From the human T2T-CHM13v2.0 reference genome, Homo sapiens: a stretch of 64,000 nt of DNA. Where the stretch lies: assembly GCF_009914755.1 (NCBI RefSeq), contig NC_060941.1. One strand, 5' to 3'. The position numbers and the translations under genes were made by a program. A model generated the notes under the pieces. The model did no database searches. It saw only the letters and a program-made list of their open reading frames with translations, and was not told the origin of the DNA. Of the stretch, positions 14,956-28,204 are shown piece by piece. Each line of letters opens with the position of its first letter. Within the stretch, counting starts at the first letter, position 1.

Positions 14956-17869
14956 TTAAGTTTTAGGCATTCAGACTTTTGAGATAACAGTCTATATAGT
15001 ACAAAACAAAATAAAATGAGCAACTTTCTGCAATGTTATGATACATGATAGATTTAGATAAGTTAGCTTTTGAAATTATTAACTTTGATTTTATAATTTT
15101 CATATTTTGGAAAAAATATTTTTCCTACTATTGAATACTGTAACAATGTCTTCAGTAAAAAGTAAAATAGATTGTATAGACCTATCTTTTGGGGTTCATG
15201 TAAATACTAACTTTAATTAGTTAACAATGTAGAACTGCAAAAGTCATAAAAGAAATGTGATCATAATAATCACAAATTATTGGTTTCTTGTTAAATGAAT
15301 CTCAAAGTCCATGCGATATTTATGACTTAAAGTTACTATGACAAATACTAGCTTAGCCTTTGGATTATTTACATTTTAACCAAGAAAGAAAGGGTTCTTT
15401 TTTTTTTTTTTTTGAGAAATTTTCTAAGTATTTATTTTAATAAAACAAATAACTGACTCAAAGCTTACAATAAGGGCACCTGAACATGTGGTGAGTTCCC
15501 ATCCCACTCTTATAAAGTATTCTGGAATAGAAGAGCAATTGTCCCTGTATCAGGATTCTTATTTCTGGAAAGCTTAGGAACTTTCTGTCATTTTTCATTG
15601 AGAGTTGCTGACACTTTAAATATCAACAAATGGCAGACCTTGTCAGAGAGCCTACTATGTGTAAGATACTCAGACAATGAGATCTGACTTTGAGAAAGAA
15701 TCAAATTATTATATTTCCTTCATCATGTTTTCATTCAAGTATAGCACTGCATAATAGCAACACTTGGTCTGAATGCAGAAAGCCAGGTAATCTTTCCAAG
15801 CAGGCATGTGGGGATACACTGGATGGAAACTTTTAAAATTCCATACCGTTTGTTCAGGCAGAACCAATGATTTTAAAATGAACAGTGACAGATCAATTTT
15901 TAATGGTAACTCTATTATTTTTCTCTATTATGAACACTACTTTTTACCAGACCATGAAAATTATGTTGACATTTGAAAAGCATATGATTAATTGTAGCAG
16001 AACAAACATTTTGAGTGCTGCCTCCATTTAGGGAGGTGATAGCGGGCATGGGCCCTGATTATAACATATTGGCACAGTGTAACACTTGCCATTTTCTTTA
16101 ATCCACTAAATGTTAAAGATCCTAGGTGTGCCACTGATGAATTGATATACATTTGAGGCACGATGGGTTGTGGAGATGCTATTCTGAAAACACAACCATT
16201 CATTAAACTAAAATCTAAATACATTTCAGAATTAAAACCATGCAGCCAAACAACTCTTGATTGCAACACAGGGCAAAATGGCCAAATGATATTTACAGCT
16301 TGTAATTTCCAGTATGTTCCTGATTTTACTGAAAGATGTGTGTTCAGCCATTACAAAGCAGTTGCTGTGTAGGAAAACTCACGTGAGAAATTTTAGTTTT
16401 AATTCAGCACAACCGTGCCATCTAAACTTTTTGTTTGTTTGTTTCATGGAGACAGAGAACTGTGGCCATAAAGAATGAGATATGTTTTCATAATATTAAA
16501 TGGTCCAGATTAGACAGTTGAGAAGAGTCAGCTATGTAAAGATATCTCAGATTCGATACCTAATCCAAATGCCCCATTTTCTTTGATGTTATCATGATTT
16601 TTTAACTGGATGTTTTGGGGATACAATCTATAGCAGTGAGGCAGAGCACATTGAACCGACCCATGCAGGAATCAAACTTAAAATTATATTTTATTAGTGA
16701 CATGCTCAAACCACCCAAATTAAATAATCTTGGATACACTAAGTTTGTAAAGTCCGCATTCTACTCTGTTATTTCAGAAGAGAAAAAGGAAGACTGGGAT
16801 GATTATTTGACGGAAAGGGAAAGCTCTAAAGGAAAAAAAATCAAGTTAGAACCTGGATCAAGCTCAACACCAAATTAACTGGCTAGATTAGGAACACTGT
16901 AGCTTCTCTGAGGCTGTCTTTTCACCAGAATCTAATGCATTTACAATGATATCCCACCCCCACCCCCAATGTAGGCTGTATAATTGCACTGAGTATAAAA
17001 GAAGAGAGAATGATTGAGATAGTTCTTCAACATGGAAGGGAAGCCAAGCACAGTGGTACAGTTTTATGAGAGAAAAAAAATACAGTTATGGATAAAATAT
17101 ATCTTTTTGTCTATAGGTCCCAGATGAATGTATGTACATCTTTAGGAGTAAAAATTTTCTATAGGATAATGAACCACATATACAAGGATAAGTCACCTAG
17201 TGCATGTAAGTTTTGGCCTTGTGTAATGACGTCAATATGTGCTAATTCTAAAAGGACATTTAAAAAAATTATTTCCATTGGTCATTGATGATTCACCTTT
17301 ACCTTTCTGGTTTTCAGATCCTCCATAGATCAACAGGGGAAAGGAAGGAAGCCTGGTGTGAAATAGGCTGGTTTTTCTAGGAAGTGAACTGCTAGGTTAA
17401 CATAATCTGCCCAACAATAGGATTTCCAGGGAAAACAAAGAAAAATTATTTCTACTTTTACGTCTTATTACAAAAATCATACTTTATGGCCATGAATCAT
17501 TATTTATACGTTGTTGGCACTACTTTTGGTATAAACTGCTTCATTGTTACTCAAGTGGGGATTTACATATTCCTACTTATCTTTTTGTAGGGAATGAGAT
17601 TTAAAATGGTGAGAACTATTGCAGCACAGTGACTAAACATGAAAAAATAAATGGAATTTAGGGAGTCAAGTTATTATTAAGATTTTATGTATTATATATA
17701 TGTATATATTATTAAAGTTTTACATTTCTTGTGAACAACTGGAAAGCAATGTAATGTGTTTCTGTAAGAGGCAGCTGAAATCTGGAGAGATTAAATGAAT
17801 CTGTACTTTTGACATCTGCCCTTGGGTTGTGTGGCTTTTGATAGTTCATGCCGACATAGTTTTCTTTCA

Positions 17870-18110
17870 TTCCCTTTGCTTTGAAAACTTATATTTGTCT
17901 TTTATGTTTTGCATTCACTACAATGTGTCTGAATGTGTATTAGTTTTCAGTTACATTTTTGAAGTTGTGGTTTTTGAATCTGAGGAACACATCCAATTCT
18001 GGAAAATTCTGAGGCTTTTTTTTTTTTAACATGGCTTATGGAGGACTTTTTTTTTTCCCAATGTGTTTCATCATATATTAGAGTTCTTTAGTGGGACTTA
18101 GATTTTTCCC
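17870..18110 (-). mobile_element. Old L1M fragment, antisense
   Basis: TTCACTACAATGTGTCT...TTGAATCTGAGGA..CAATTCTGGAAAATTCT resembles antisense L1M ORF1-region text. Confidence 0.4.
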
Positions 18111-18118
18111 TTCCTCTG

Positions 18119-18229
18119 TTTTTTTTTTTTATTATACTTTAAGTTCTAGGGTACATGTGCACAACATGCAGGTTTGTTACATATGTATACACGTGCCATG
18201 TTGGTTTGCTGCACCCATTAACTTGTCAT
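18119..18229 (-). mobile_element. L1PA (about PA7) extreme 3' end, severely 5'-truncated
   Basis: Poly(T) then ATTATACTTTAAGTTCTAGGGTACATGTGCACAACATGCAGGTTTGTTACATATGTATAC..GTGCCATGTTGGTTTGCTGCACCCATTAAC. Confidence 0.92.
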
Positions 18230-20447
18230 GCAAATCAAAACCCTCTTTTTTTTTCTTCCTGTCTTTTTTTCTTTCTCTTTATACTGAGACTTCCGTGTGG
18301 GGTTGCTTTGTAGGAAAATTGTTCTAGAACAATTTGGGGCTCACTTCTGGGACACACCACAGTGATATCATCCCAGTGGCCACTGGCCCTGATAGTTTTA
18401 CTGTAAATTTTCTGGATTTGGAGTTCTTGAAATATGAAAATAGTATTAATGTTAACTTTGAATTTGTAAAATCCTTTACATTTCTGATGGTGGTTCCATC
18501 AGAAGATTTTTTTTTTCAGCCAGAGGTCTGGCAAATATATACAAGATTCTTTGTGTTGTAAATTGTTCCCCTACCACCACCTTCTTCTGAGGTTGCTGCC
18601 CTCCAAGGGTCCCAATATTATGTAGCGATTTCAATTTTAATCCACTGCATTATGCGGTCCCTGAATAGGTATCCTAACCCAAGTTCTGTGTTGTCAGGTG
18701 TGGTAATTGCCTCCTCAGGCTTCTGAAGAATCACATGCTTATCACACTGGTTTTCAGTTTCCTTTCAATCTCTATTTTACAAGTTTAGCCAAAGGAAAAA
18801 ACTAAAAGCAATTTTGTCACATTTATCTGGAATTCTGGATGTTTATTAGATAGAATGAATAAGTACAGTAGGGGATATTTTAGATCATTGCAGTTTGCCG
18901 CTTTGTGCATACCATGTGTGATTTTTATAGCCCAACATCCCTGCCTTTAACTCAGACAATAAATAATGGTCCTCCTGGATCAAAACCTCTCTGAATCCAT
19001 CGTGAGGAGGAATACATACCCTCAAGAACATTTGACAGCATACCTGAAGCAAACTCTTATAATCTGATTAGTTGAGTGTCAGCAACCTGTGGTTGGTTTA
19101 GCTACTCCCATGACTAGAGGTAAAGAGTTGGACCAACGCAATGTAGTCTGTTGTCTTCCCAGTTTGAACTTTCAGAATGTTGTTATTTTTCTCTTCCTAT
19201 AAGGTCAGGCTGCATGTTCTGCTCTTTTCCCCCATGCTTTTCACACATCCTCTCCCTGGAGAAATGTGAGAGGCAGTCTGGAAAAACATCAATGTTATGT
19301 ATGTCAGAGCCTGCTTACACAGGATGCCAACAGATGGCAATATTTTATCATTATTACACAATCCAGAGACCCTTCATCTGTGGCCTCAGGGAACAAGACG
19401 AGTCGGCTCTTTGGTGTGACACATGTCACTGAAGCTTCACCCCCCATTAACTGTGCTGTTGTTTGTGATTGTTAAGCTGCGTGTCTCGCCATGTGTCACA
19501 TTCTTGACTTGTACAAGGGCCCATTAGTAAGTAGCATCTGAGTACCATGAGTCATAGAAGGCCCCATTCTTGGAAAAATAAACACTGCACATTCAGCTGA
19601 GATTACAGCCACTGGCTGGTAGTGATCTGGATGGTGTTTCATGTAAAAGGCTATTTCTGTGATTCACCAAGGCCTTTTCCCCTCTATCAATACACCAGAA
19701 ATGCCCATTGCTGTTGTATAGCGCTTCCTGTTGACAAACACAAGCTGAGAGCTCACGAAGTCTCTGGGCTAGGTAGGATTTGGTTCATGACAATGGAAGA
19801 AGAGGGAACTAGGAGTAAACACAAGCCAGATATTTCAAAACTATTAGAAAGCTTTATGAAATCAACTTCATAATTTCAAATAAAAGATGTATTTTGTTTT
19901 TAGATATATTTTCCAGAGACTTGCTCCTTATTTCCCTGTCATTTCCTTCTGCCCCTCATTCTATTTTGCAAACAACTGTCTGTTCCTTGTTCTTATATCT
20001 TTCATGACTCCTCTCTTTTCTCTCCTCTCTTCACCACTCTTTTAGTCTTTCCACATCATCCCCTCTTCAGGCTCCCTTTGTCTTCCCAGTTTTCATCTCC
20101 AGACCATGATTCGTAGAACTCCAGCTCAGGAATGGCATTCTGGTACTTCGGAGTTGGCACCAAAAGACAAGACAGTCTTGCCAACACCACCTACCCAAGC
20201 AACTGAATTTAGAAAGAGAATTCCCTGCAGCCACCTCTAACCTAAGCATTGCCAACATTATAATTGTAAGTCGTCTAATGGTTAAAAACTGGCCTGAGAC
20301 TAAAGAAAGTCAGGAAGATAAATGTTCCAGGTTGGGTTTTGGGAAAGTTTTGGGGTTTCTGAGTCTATGCAGCTTTTGAGTCTGTATTTCATTCCTTGAT
20401 CCCCCTCAGCAATCTGGCTCATTCTCTGTTTGTGTTTCTCTTTTATA

Positions 20448-20449
<2 letters not shown>

Positions 20450-20478
<29 letters not shown>
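20450..20478. repeat. T29 homopolymer
   Basis: Pure run with no adjacent recognisable retroelement body. Confidence 0.95.
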
Positions 20479-20482
<4 letters not shown>

Positions 20483-20809
20483 AGTGAAATTCTGGCATTT
20501 CTTCCAGGAAGGAAGGAGCAGGAGAGCTTTAGGCACTGCTGGGAGGCATGAAGATGAAGCTGCATGAACATCTTCACAGACCATCTACCCCACTCAACGT
20601 AGGGTCATGACCATGTAGTCAAACAACCAAGGGTCAGAGGGGAGAAAACAGATGGAGACCAAAGGCTTGCAGAATCCACACCTTCTTTCAAAACCTGTCT
20701 CAGAAAACGGTTTTCTGTGAACGTAGATTTCTGAGGGTAGTGCTTCTATAAACACTCCACTCATTTCTCTGGCCTAGGAGAAGTGTTTTGTATGGCAGCC
20801 TTTGCCATC

Positions 20810-21450
20810 AAACAAGGTTTTATTAAATATCCCCCTTGTTGTTGTTATAATAATCCATGCTGATATAAACCATGCTTCATAAAATGCCACAATACACATT
20901 CACTGGGCAGCACCCCAGGGCAGCCTCCAAGCGAGGCTCCTCGGGCCATAAAACCCAGACCGCCAGAAACAGGGCTGCCATTTATTTCCCCGTAATGTTC
21001 TTTCTTTCTCTCTCTCTCTCTAGGCAGATTTTCCTCGTGTTGAAAGGGAACCTCTGGTCAAAAGTCAGCAAGCAAAGTTGTAGAAAGCTTTGATAGTCAG
21101 TGAAGTGAATCATGGCTACACATGGCAGTGGCATGCACCAATGGAGCCTCTTGCTGGGCGGACCTCCCTCTAAGAGCAACTTCTGGTCATCAGTCAAAGG
21201 GGCCCCCAACGCGCTGTGCACAGCCAATGGTTTCACCAGCTCCACGGTGCCGGGGTCCCAAGTTGCCCTTTTCCATAGGTATTGCTAAAGCAAATAGCAG
21301 ACGCTATTTACTGGGTGTGATGCTTTCAATCACATTAATCTAGCCAGTAAAAAAATTTATGACCAATAAAAATTCCACCATGACATGGCTGATTGGAAGG
21401 GAGGCAGCGGGATGAAAATCCAAGCCACGCCTCTGCCTCTAGCTAGACTG
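20810..21450. promoter_or_regulatory. Candidate developmental enhancer (HOX9-13/CDX, TCF/LEF, TALE motifs)
   Basis: Repeat-free, GC- and CpG-elevated; TCATAAAA 20877, GGCCATAAAA 20944, CTTTGAT 21088, CCAGTAAAA 21344, TTTATGAC 21356 overlapping CCAATAAAA 21363. Confidence 0.45.
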
Positions 21451-22119
21451 TCACAAACCCTGGAAGGAAGTAGGAGTCGGGGAAGAGAAAGACAGAAAAA
21501 TCTCTGGGGTTGTTAAAACTAACTCAAGGGTAGGTGGATAAAACTCTTAAATCGTTTTACTAAGTCCAAACACCGGAGGTGATTGACCGAACACCTACTT
21601 TGAAAAGCTACCTGGGCGCTGATAGATGTAGCTTTTGCTTCCACTAGAAAATCGCCCTGGGTTTCTTCTAGTCCTAGTATCACGTAGGTGTTTGCTCATA
21701 AGAAGATAAATATTTTTAAATCCCATTAATTTATACAAGCACTAGAACGATGCCTGGGTGGGGACTCCTGTCTCGGATTTGAAGCCAGCAAAGAATGTAG
21801 CTTCACGTAGCTGTCTCTCTCCTGGTTGGCTTGTACGTGGTTTATACAGATCCACAAGGGCAGTGACTAAGCTCTGTTAAGACTTGTGACTCATTCCTTC
21901 TTTTCCCCATCCATGGCGACCGTCCTCAGACTGCATGACTCTCAAGCACACACTCTCCTTACCTTCCATGGCTTCTCCCTTGAGTGGGCAGCTGATCCAA
22001 TTATTTGTTAATGATCCCAGACCACACACAGCAATGAGGATGTTATTTTAATGAATTTATATTGGAAGTCCTGCCACTGGGAGTGAGTACCTGATTAGCT
22101 AATTGTGGTTAATACTTCA

Positions 22120-22600
22120 AGTAGCTTATCCAATATCCATTATCCCATTCTTTCTAAGTAATAGAACCCCAAATTTAATCCACGTGGCAATGTGCCCAGC
22201 CAGAAGACTTTATTTGCAAACTTTCTTATTGCTAAGAGTGGCTGGTAAGATGTAATTTGAAATTTGTATGTGGGATTTTTGAGAAAGACTCCTAAAAGAG
22301 GGAAAGATAGTCACCTTCTCAAACTTTCTTCTATTTCCTGCCTAGAGGGATGACCCAATGGCTAGAACTCCTACAATCCCCTTGGAGTGTGAGGTGTGAA
22401 ATGAGCATAAGGATGGAAGCCTCACTCTATAAAGATGAAAGAGCAGAAAGATCAAATGGGAGAAGCCATGCTTCTGTTGCTTCTCTCATACAATGTGATC
22501 TCTAGTCTACCTACTGCTAGACTGCTTTTGTTTTAGAAGGAAAAAGAAGCTTCTGTTGTTTAAGCCACTACGATGTCAAGTCTCAGCACTAGATTCCTAA
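22120..22600 (+). mobile_element. MLT1 (MLT1J/K-like) MaLR solo LTR
   Basis: CCCATTCTTTCTAAGTAATAGAACCCC..GGCAATGTGCCCAGC..; TTCCTGCCT..AATGGCTAGAACTCC; GAGCAGAAAGAT; TTGTTTAAGCCACT near the 3' end. Confidence 0.65.
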
Positions 22601-23299
22601 TCAGAATCAAAACCATGGAGAGATCTAAAAGTTCTCTCCAGAAGCCATTTTTTACACCCCCCAAACTCAACAAATGAGTACTCAAATCTTCCAAACAGAA
22701 TGACAATCTCACTTTAAATTTTTTTTTTTCTGATGATAGGCAATTTCCTCCAAAGAGCAGCACTTTACACACATGTAAAGATATGCTTTACATGTAAGAC
22801 ATGCTTTAAAATGTTTGCTGAATGGGAGTGCTAAACATAACTGGAGTGCTAAACTGATCACGGGTTTTACAACCGGGAAGATCAAGCTTTTGAATCTGAA
22901 ATATCTCTCGCTTACTAGCAACGCAACATTAGACAACTTACGTAAACTTGATCCTCAATGTCTGTGACTATAAAATGAGTTAACAATATCAGCCTGGTAA
23001 AGGTATTGACAAGATGACAAAGCTTATATTTAAAGTAGATGTAACGTAGAGGATGCTTAAATTCCATTCTTTTCTGCCTTCCACTTCTTAGTTAGAAATT
23101 CTATACTTTGAATTTATTGGCTTTTGTTCTCTTAATTCCTCCATAAAAAGAAGTATAAAAATTCTGTCATAAGCATTTTGCCCACCATTTTATTGACTCA
23201 TTCCTGTGTCCCCAGTTGTATATGACCACTTTTTCTCCAGTGTTTTCCTTTCTGTCTCACAAGTAAATGGAGACATCAGCATATAAAAAATAAAAAGCA

Positions 23300-23636
<337 letters not shown>

Positions 23637-24024
23637 TCACTACCTATATATTTATTATTATATTTATTATATGTTATTTAATAAAAGGACAGGCCAAAGT
23701 TTAAGCCAGAATAATTAATTTCACAGATTTTCCTTCCACAACTATTTTCTGAGTTAAGGCCTGGCATCCATTAAGGCCAAGTACATGATAGTCTCTGCTG
23801 ATTTTGATGGTAGTGTCACACTACCCAGAAACGATCAAGTGTTCATAGGGATGTCTCTGAAATCACAAGCCATTGCTAAATTAAGCAACACTATATTATT
23901 ACTCACATGTAAAGAGCACAATTCAGCACTTAGTGGCGAAGGGTGAAAATGTGGTTTCAGATAGACACATATGCACACGTTCCCATGGACAAATGAATTG
24001 ACTTCTCTTAACTGATTAATTAAG

Positions 24025-24135
24025 AATAGATACCTCATGGGGTTGTTGTGAAAATTAAGTGAGTCAAGGTATGTAGAGAACATAGGATGATGGCTGACAT
24101 ATAGTGATCATCCCAAAATTGGTCTTTATCACCTT
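24025..24135 (+). mobile_element. MIR 3' fragment
   Basis: TACCTCATGGGGTTGTTGTGAAAATTAAGTGAG..ATGTAGAGAACATAG..GGCTGACATATAGTG. Confidence 0.6.
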
Positions 24136-24870
24136 CATCTTCATCCTCAGTTAGGGCTTATCACTAATATGAGCTTTAGAACTTTTATCTATTCCTATCC
24201 CTGCTCCCCCAACACCCAATAGGAGTTTATTTTCAGGACTTAAAAACTTCATGAAAGTCCTTTGCTTCTTGCCTTTCTGGCAACTTCAAAATTATTTCTT
24301 TTAGAAAAAGGTAGGATAATGAGGCAATGAATTAGGGGTCACCAAAAATTTGTGTTAAATCTCTTTAAATGAGAATTTGTGAAACACCATTTTGATACAG
24401 TTTGGTATTATTTTGTAAAGGGGTAAATTATTTTAGTAAACACAGTCGAATTTGAAACCTAATGCCACCAGCCACGAGGTGATCTTGATTTGAGCCAGTT
24501 AATTAACTTTTCTGAATGCCTGCCTCTCATGTTTTTGGAAAATTGCATGAACTTATATATGTAAATTACCTAGGGAAGAGGCCATAACATTGCAGCCACA
24601 CAAGAGGCATTTGCTCTTTCTCTAGTAATGTATTTATTTTCCTGTTCACTAGTAAGGTTTTTGTCCCTATCAGGAAAAGTTAAAGGGTCTTCCTGGTGAG
24701 TCAATCAGGAATCTGGTGTATTATGAAGGAAGGGACGGCGAGAAGGAAAGCAGCCAAGAGGCATTGAAAACATAAACAGTGAAGTATTCTACTTTGTTTA
24801 TACTACCTTGCCAGTCCTCATGTTAGTTCCAGCCTGGCACCTTGCTGCTGTCTGGAGGTACTACTTGAAA

Positions 24871-25169
24871 AACCACACCCAGGCCTGGGATCCCATCACA
24901 AACCACCACCTCTTACAATAACAGTCCCCTTAGTCTTTGTATTTCTCAAACCTCTGACATAGAAAATAATCTGGGACAACGCCCCAAATTAACCTAAGTA
25001 GTCTATAATAAAGATTTTCTAACCACACCCAGGCCTGGGATGCCATCACAAACAACCGCCTCTTACAATAACAGTCCCCTTAGTCTTTGTATTTCTCAAA
25101 CCTCTGACATAGAAAATAATCTGGGACAATGCTCCAAATTAACCTAAGTAGTCTATAATAAAGATTTTC
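24871..25169. repeat. Tandem duplication, two copies of a 150-bp unit
   Basis: 24871-25020 vs 25021-25169: 5 substitutions, no internal indels. Confidence 0.98.
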
Positions 25170-26605
25170 AACCCTGTGATTTGGGACATTTGGAATCAAG
25201 ATCCCCTACCTCCATGACATTACACCCCAGGTAATTTTGCAAATACTTAAATGTTATTTTTCAGAGCAATAAGCTACATATTTAGGAAATTTCCTTTTGT
25301 TTTTTTTTTAAGTAGAGTATAAAAGGATGTCAACCCAGTCTTCATGGAAAGAAATTTCTAACTAAGACAAAGAAATGGTACACAAATTTACAGTGGCCTG
25401 TTCACAACCTTCACACTCAGACATCATGAAGAAAGGAGGGGCTCTGATTGGTGCACGTGCTTTCAACTCTTCATCTGACCTAGAAACCCAAAAGGCATTT
25501 ATGAGCTTGATATTAAGTCTTTTCTTTGGAGCCTTGACATCACTTAATGGGTGTTGCATAGAATTGACTGGCCATTAAGCAACTGAGAAAATTCCCTAAA
25601 CTCATTTCTAGATGAAGTCTTTAGATTCAAATGCTCATTAGTACTTAAGACAATTGCCTTATTCTCACTGCTCAAGAATGTTGAATCAACTCTGATTATT
25701 GAGTGATGATAGAGGTGGTCTATCTAATTCTCAGAAAAGGAACACTGGCTTTTTTGTTTCTGTTTCTTGTTTTGTTTTGTTTTGTTTTCTCTGGCATAGC
25801 TTTAGCCAGTTCTTTTTCCTCCACATTTTCAATGTAGCTAGAAACATCATGCAAAAAAAAACTTTGGTATTGCTAAGTCAGCATGAGAGTCTCTTGGAAG
25901 TTGCCATTCCTCAAAGCCAATTCTGTGCTATTCAAGAGACAAAAAGTGAAAAATTCCGGGAGACGATGATCTCTCCTATGGTGAAAAATCTAAAAGACAG
26001 ATGGCCATGCTATTAGAAAGCAGATAACAAAAATTATTTTGACTAGAAAGGCTTGGTAAGCCCCAAATGGGGATTGCAACTTACCTGAGGTTCCCCATCA
26101 CCACCGCACTTGCAGTTCATTCTCTATGAACCTCTCCAAATCCAACGGAAAGCAAAACATCAACCAGGTTGCCAGGCTTTACATGGTTTGGGGGTACAAA
26201 TGACCACACATTACATGGTTTCCATCTGAAATCATAGCTTGGTCGGCATGCACTGAAAGCTTTGCAAACCTCAGTGAAACTCTAGACTGCCCTGGCTTTG
26301 ATATTGGGTTGGCTGCAGGGGTTTCCCACAGCTGTGGTAGTGATACCCAAGTGAATATTTTCATCCTCTAAGCAGGTCCTAGCTGGCCAGTACTTTCAGA
26401 AGTAGAAATGGAGGACACACGGGCACACACAAACACACAAAGGTGCAGGAGAGAAAGAGATGAAAGTTGTGAGATAATAGAAATTGTATTTTGATTCCTA
26501 AAAATATGATTTTCATTTACAGAAGTACAAAAATCTGAAAATTTGGATGAACACTAACTCATTGCTCTAAAATACCAATATTATAAGTGCTCTGGGATTT
26601 TCTGT

Positions 26606-26632
26606 AAAAAAAAAAAAAAAAAAAAAAAAAAA
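26606..26632. repeat. A27 homopolymer
   Basis: Pure run. Confidence 0.95.
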
Positions 26633-27193
26633 TAGCAGTTGCCTTTGCCATAGTCTGGGTTTGTAACCATACATGGGCCTGAGTGCCAGTGAGTTGAGCT
26701 GAGGGTTATTTGCCATGAAAAATTAGACACAGGGGAAAAGACCCTGGCACTTCCTTTACTATTGGATAACAATTAATCTTCCAAAATGCTGACTTCTGTG
26801 TAGGCAACATGGTGGTATGTGCCAGGGAATGGATTTGGTTTGGAGAAGCTTCACTGCTCCCCAAAAGGCTATGCCAGGACTGTGCCTACAATCTCTCTTT
26901 ATTCTCATTAGTATTAAAGCAAAGATCTCTGTTAATATAAAGAAACAAGGCCAAAGGGAAGAATAAAATGGAGGGTAAGAGAGCAAGTGTTCTCCATGCT
27001 TTTGACCTGTACCATTAAAAGTATTGAATAAGCTCCTGCTTTAGCTCTGAGTCTGTATCGTGTTTATAATAACAAGCAGACATTATCTTTACTCTTAAAA
27101 GGTATCAGGGTATTTTCTCATATTTTTATGGCAGTCTTTTCTAAAGCAGAAGGCTATGGAAAGTGTTGATCACAAAAAAATACACGGATGGTT

Positions 27194-27250
27194 TAGTTGC
27201 CAGATAAATACAGGTGTCCTGTATTTGTGTTTGCTGAATCTGGCAACCCA
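27194..27250. mobile_element. MER53-like hAT MITE reduced to its termini
   Basis: Inverted termini GTTGCCAGAT / ATCTGGCAAC; the minus strand reads GGGTTGCCAGATTCAGCAAACACAAATACAGGAC like the MER53 5' end. Confidence 0.6.
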
Positions 27251-28121
27251 AGGTAAGAAGTCATTTTGGAGTTAGGAGATATTTGGGGAAGCAATTGGAA
27301 AGAGAAGCATTGACTGAATTGGGACTCAGTCAATTGGACTAAGTCCCAAAGTTTTTTGTTTGTTTTAACATGTATATAATCCTTGCTTCTTCCATATTCT
27401 TCATCACCCTCTTGGGCCCATAGTAGACTCCCTGAAAATGCTAATTGATTGACTCATTTCTAGATAAAAGGGAAAGACCAAGACTAAGCCAAAGTAAATA
27501 AGGTTTCTAGTTTGAATGTTTTATTTCATGGACCAGATCTGGGCATACATTTACCATTTGGAACACATGCTTTTGAAATCGCAAAATATAATGCATTTTA
27601 AAACTCATATACCTTTTAAAGTCCCACCCTGCCAACTCTCAGGTTATTATTCATAATTATATCTTAATGGATTCCACAAATCAATTTTTTTGTTTTTCTT
27701 GGTTAATATTGCTGATACTTACAAATGAGTATCATTTACCTCCTTCCCCTCATCCCCCCGACACCTCCATAGCCTCTTATGGAGCCAAAGCCCAAAGCTA
27801 TAAATATAGAACACCACTGTTAGGAGTTCCCCTTCCCTCTCTTTTTCACCCCCCAGCATGTAATGGACTTCTCTTTTCACAGTGTTAAAAGGATCAGTAA
27901 ATCATTGGGTCACCTACTGATATGAAGGTCTTTCATTTGAAATCATTAGTTTTAGCAAATTGCAAAAGAAAAATACAAAAGAGCAAATAAATCAAGGAAA
28001 AATTACAACAGGTTTTTACTAAGTATGGGTGGAGTGGAAAAAGTGATCTTGGCTTAATTACCCACTCTTAGTCATAAGACGCAGGAAGCAGAGGTTTTAA
28101 AAAGTCCAATTGGGGCTGTGT

Positions 28122-28204
28122 TATATATATATATATATATATATATAGAATATATATATATATATGTGCACACACACACGCACACACACACACACACGCA
28201 TATA
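28122..28204. repeat. Compound (TA)n/(CA)n microsatellite
   Basis: TA run, GAA interruption, TA run, then CA/CG run. Confidence 0.95.

Noticed and set aside
18228-18235. Octamer ATGCAAAT at the L1 junction
   Set aside because: The 8-mer occurs several times in this AT-rich window and has no adjacent SOX site.
24871-25169. Tandem repeat as a CRISPR-like or satellite array
   Set aside because: Only two long units with no spacers, in primate DNA.
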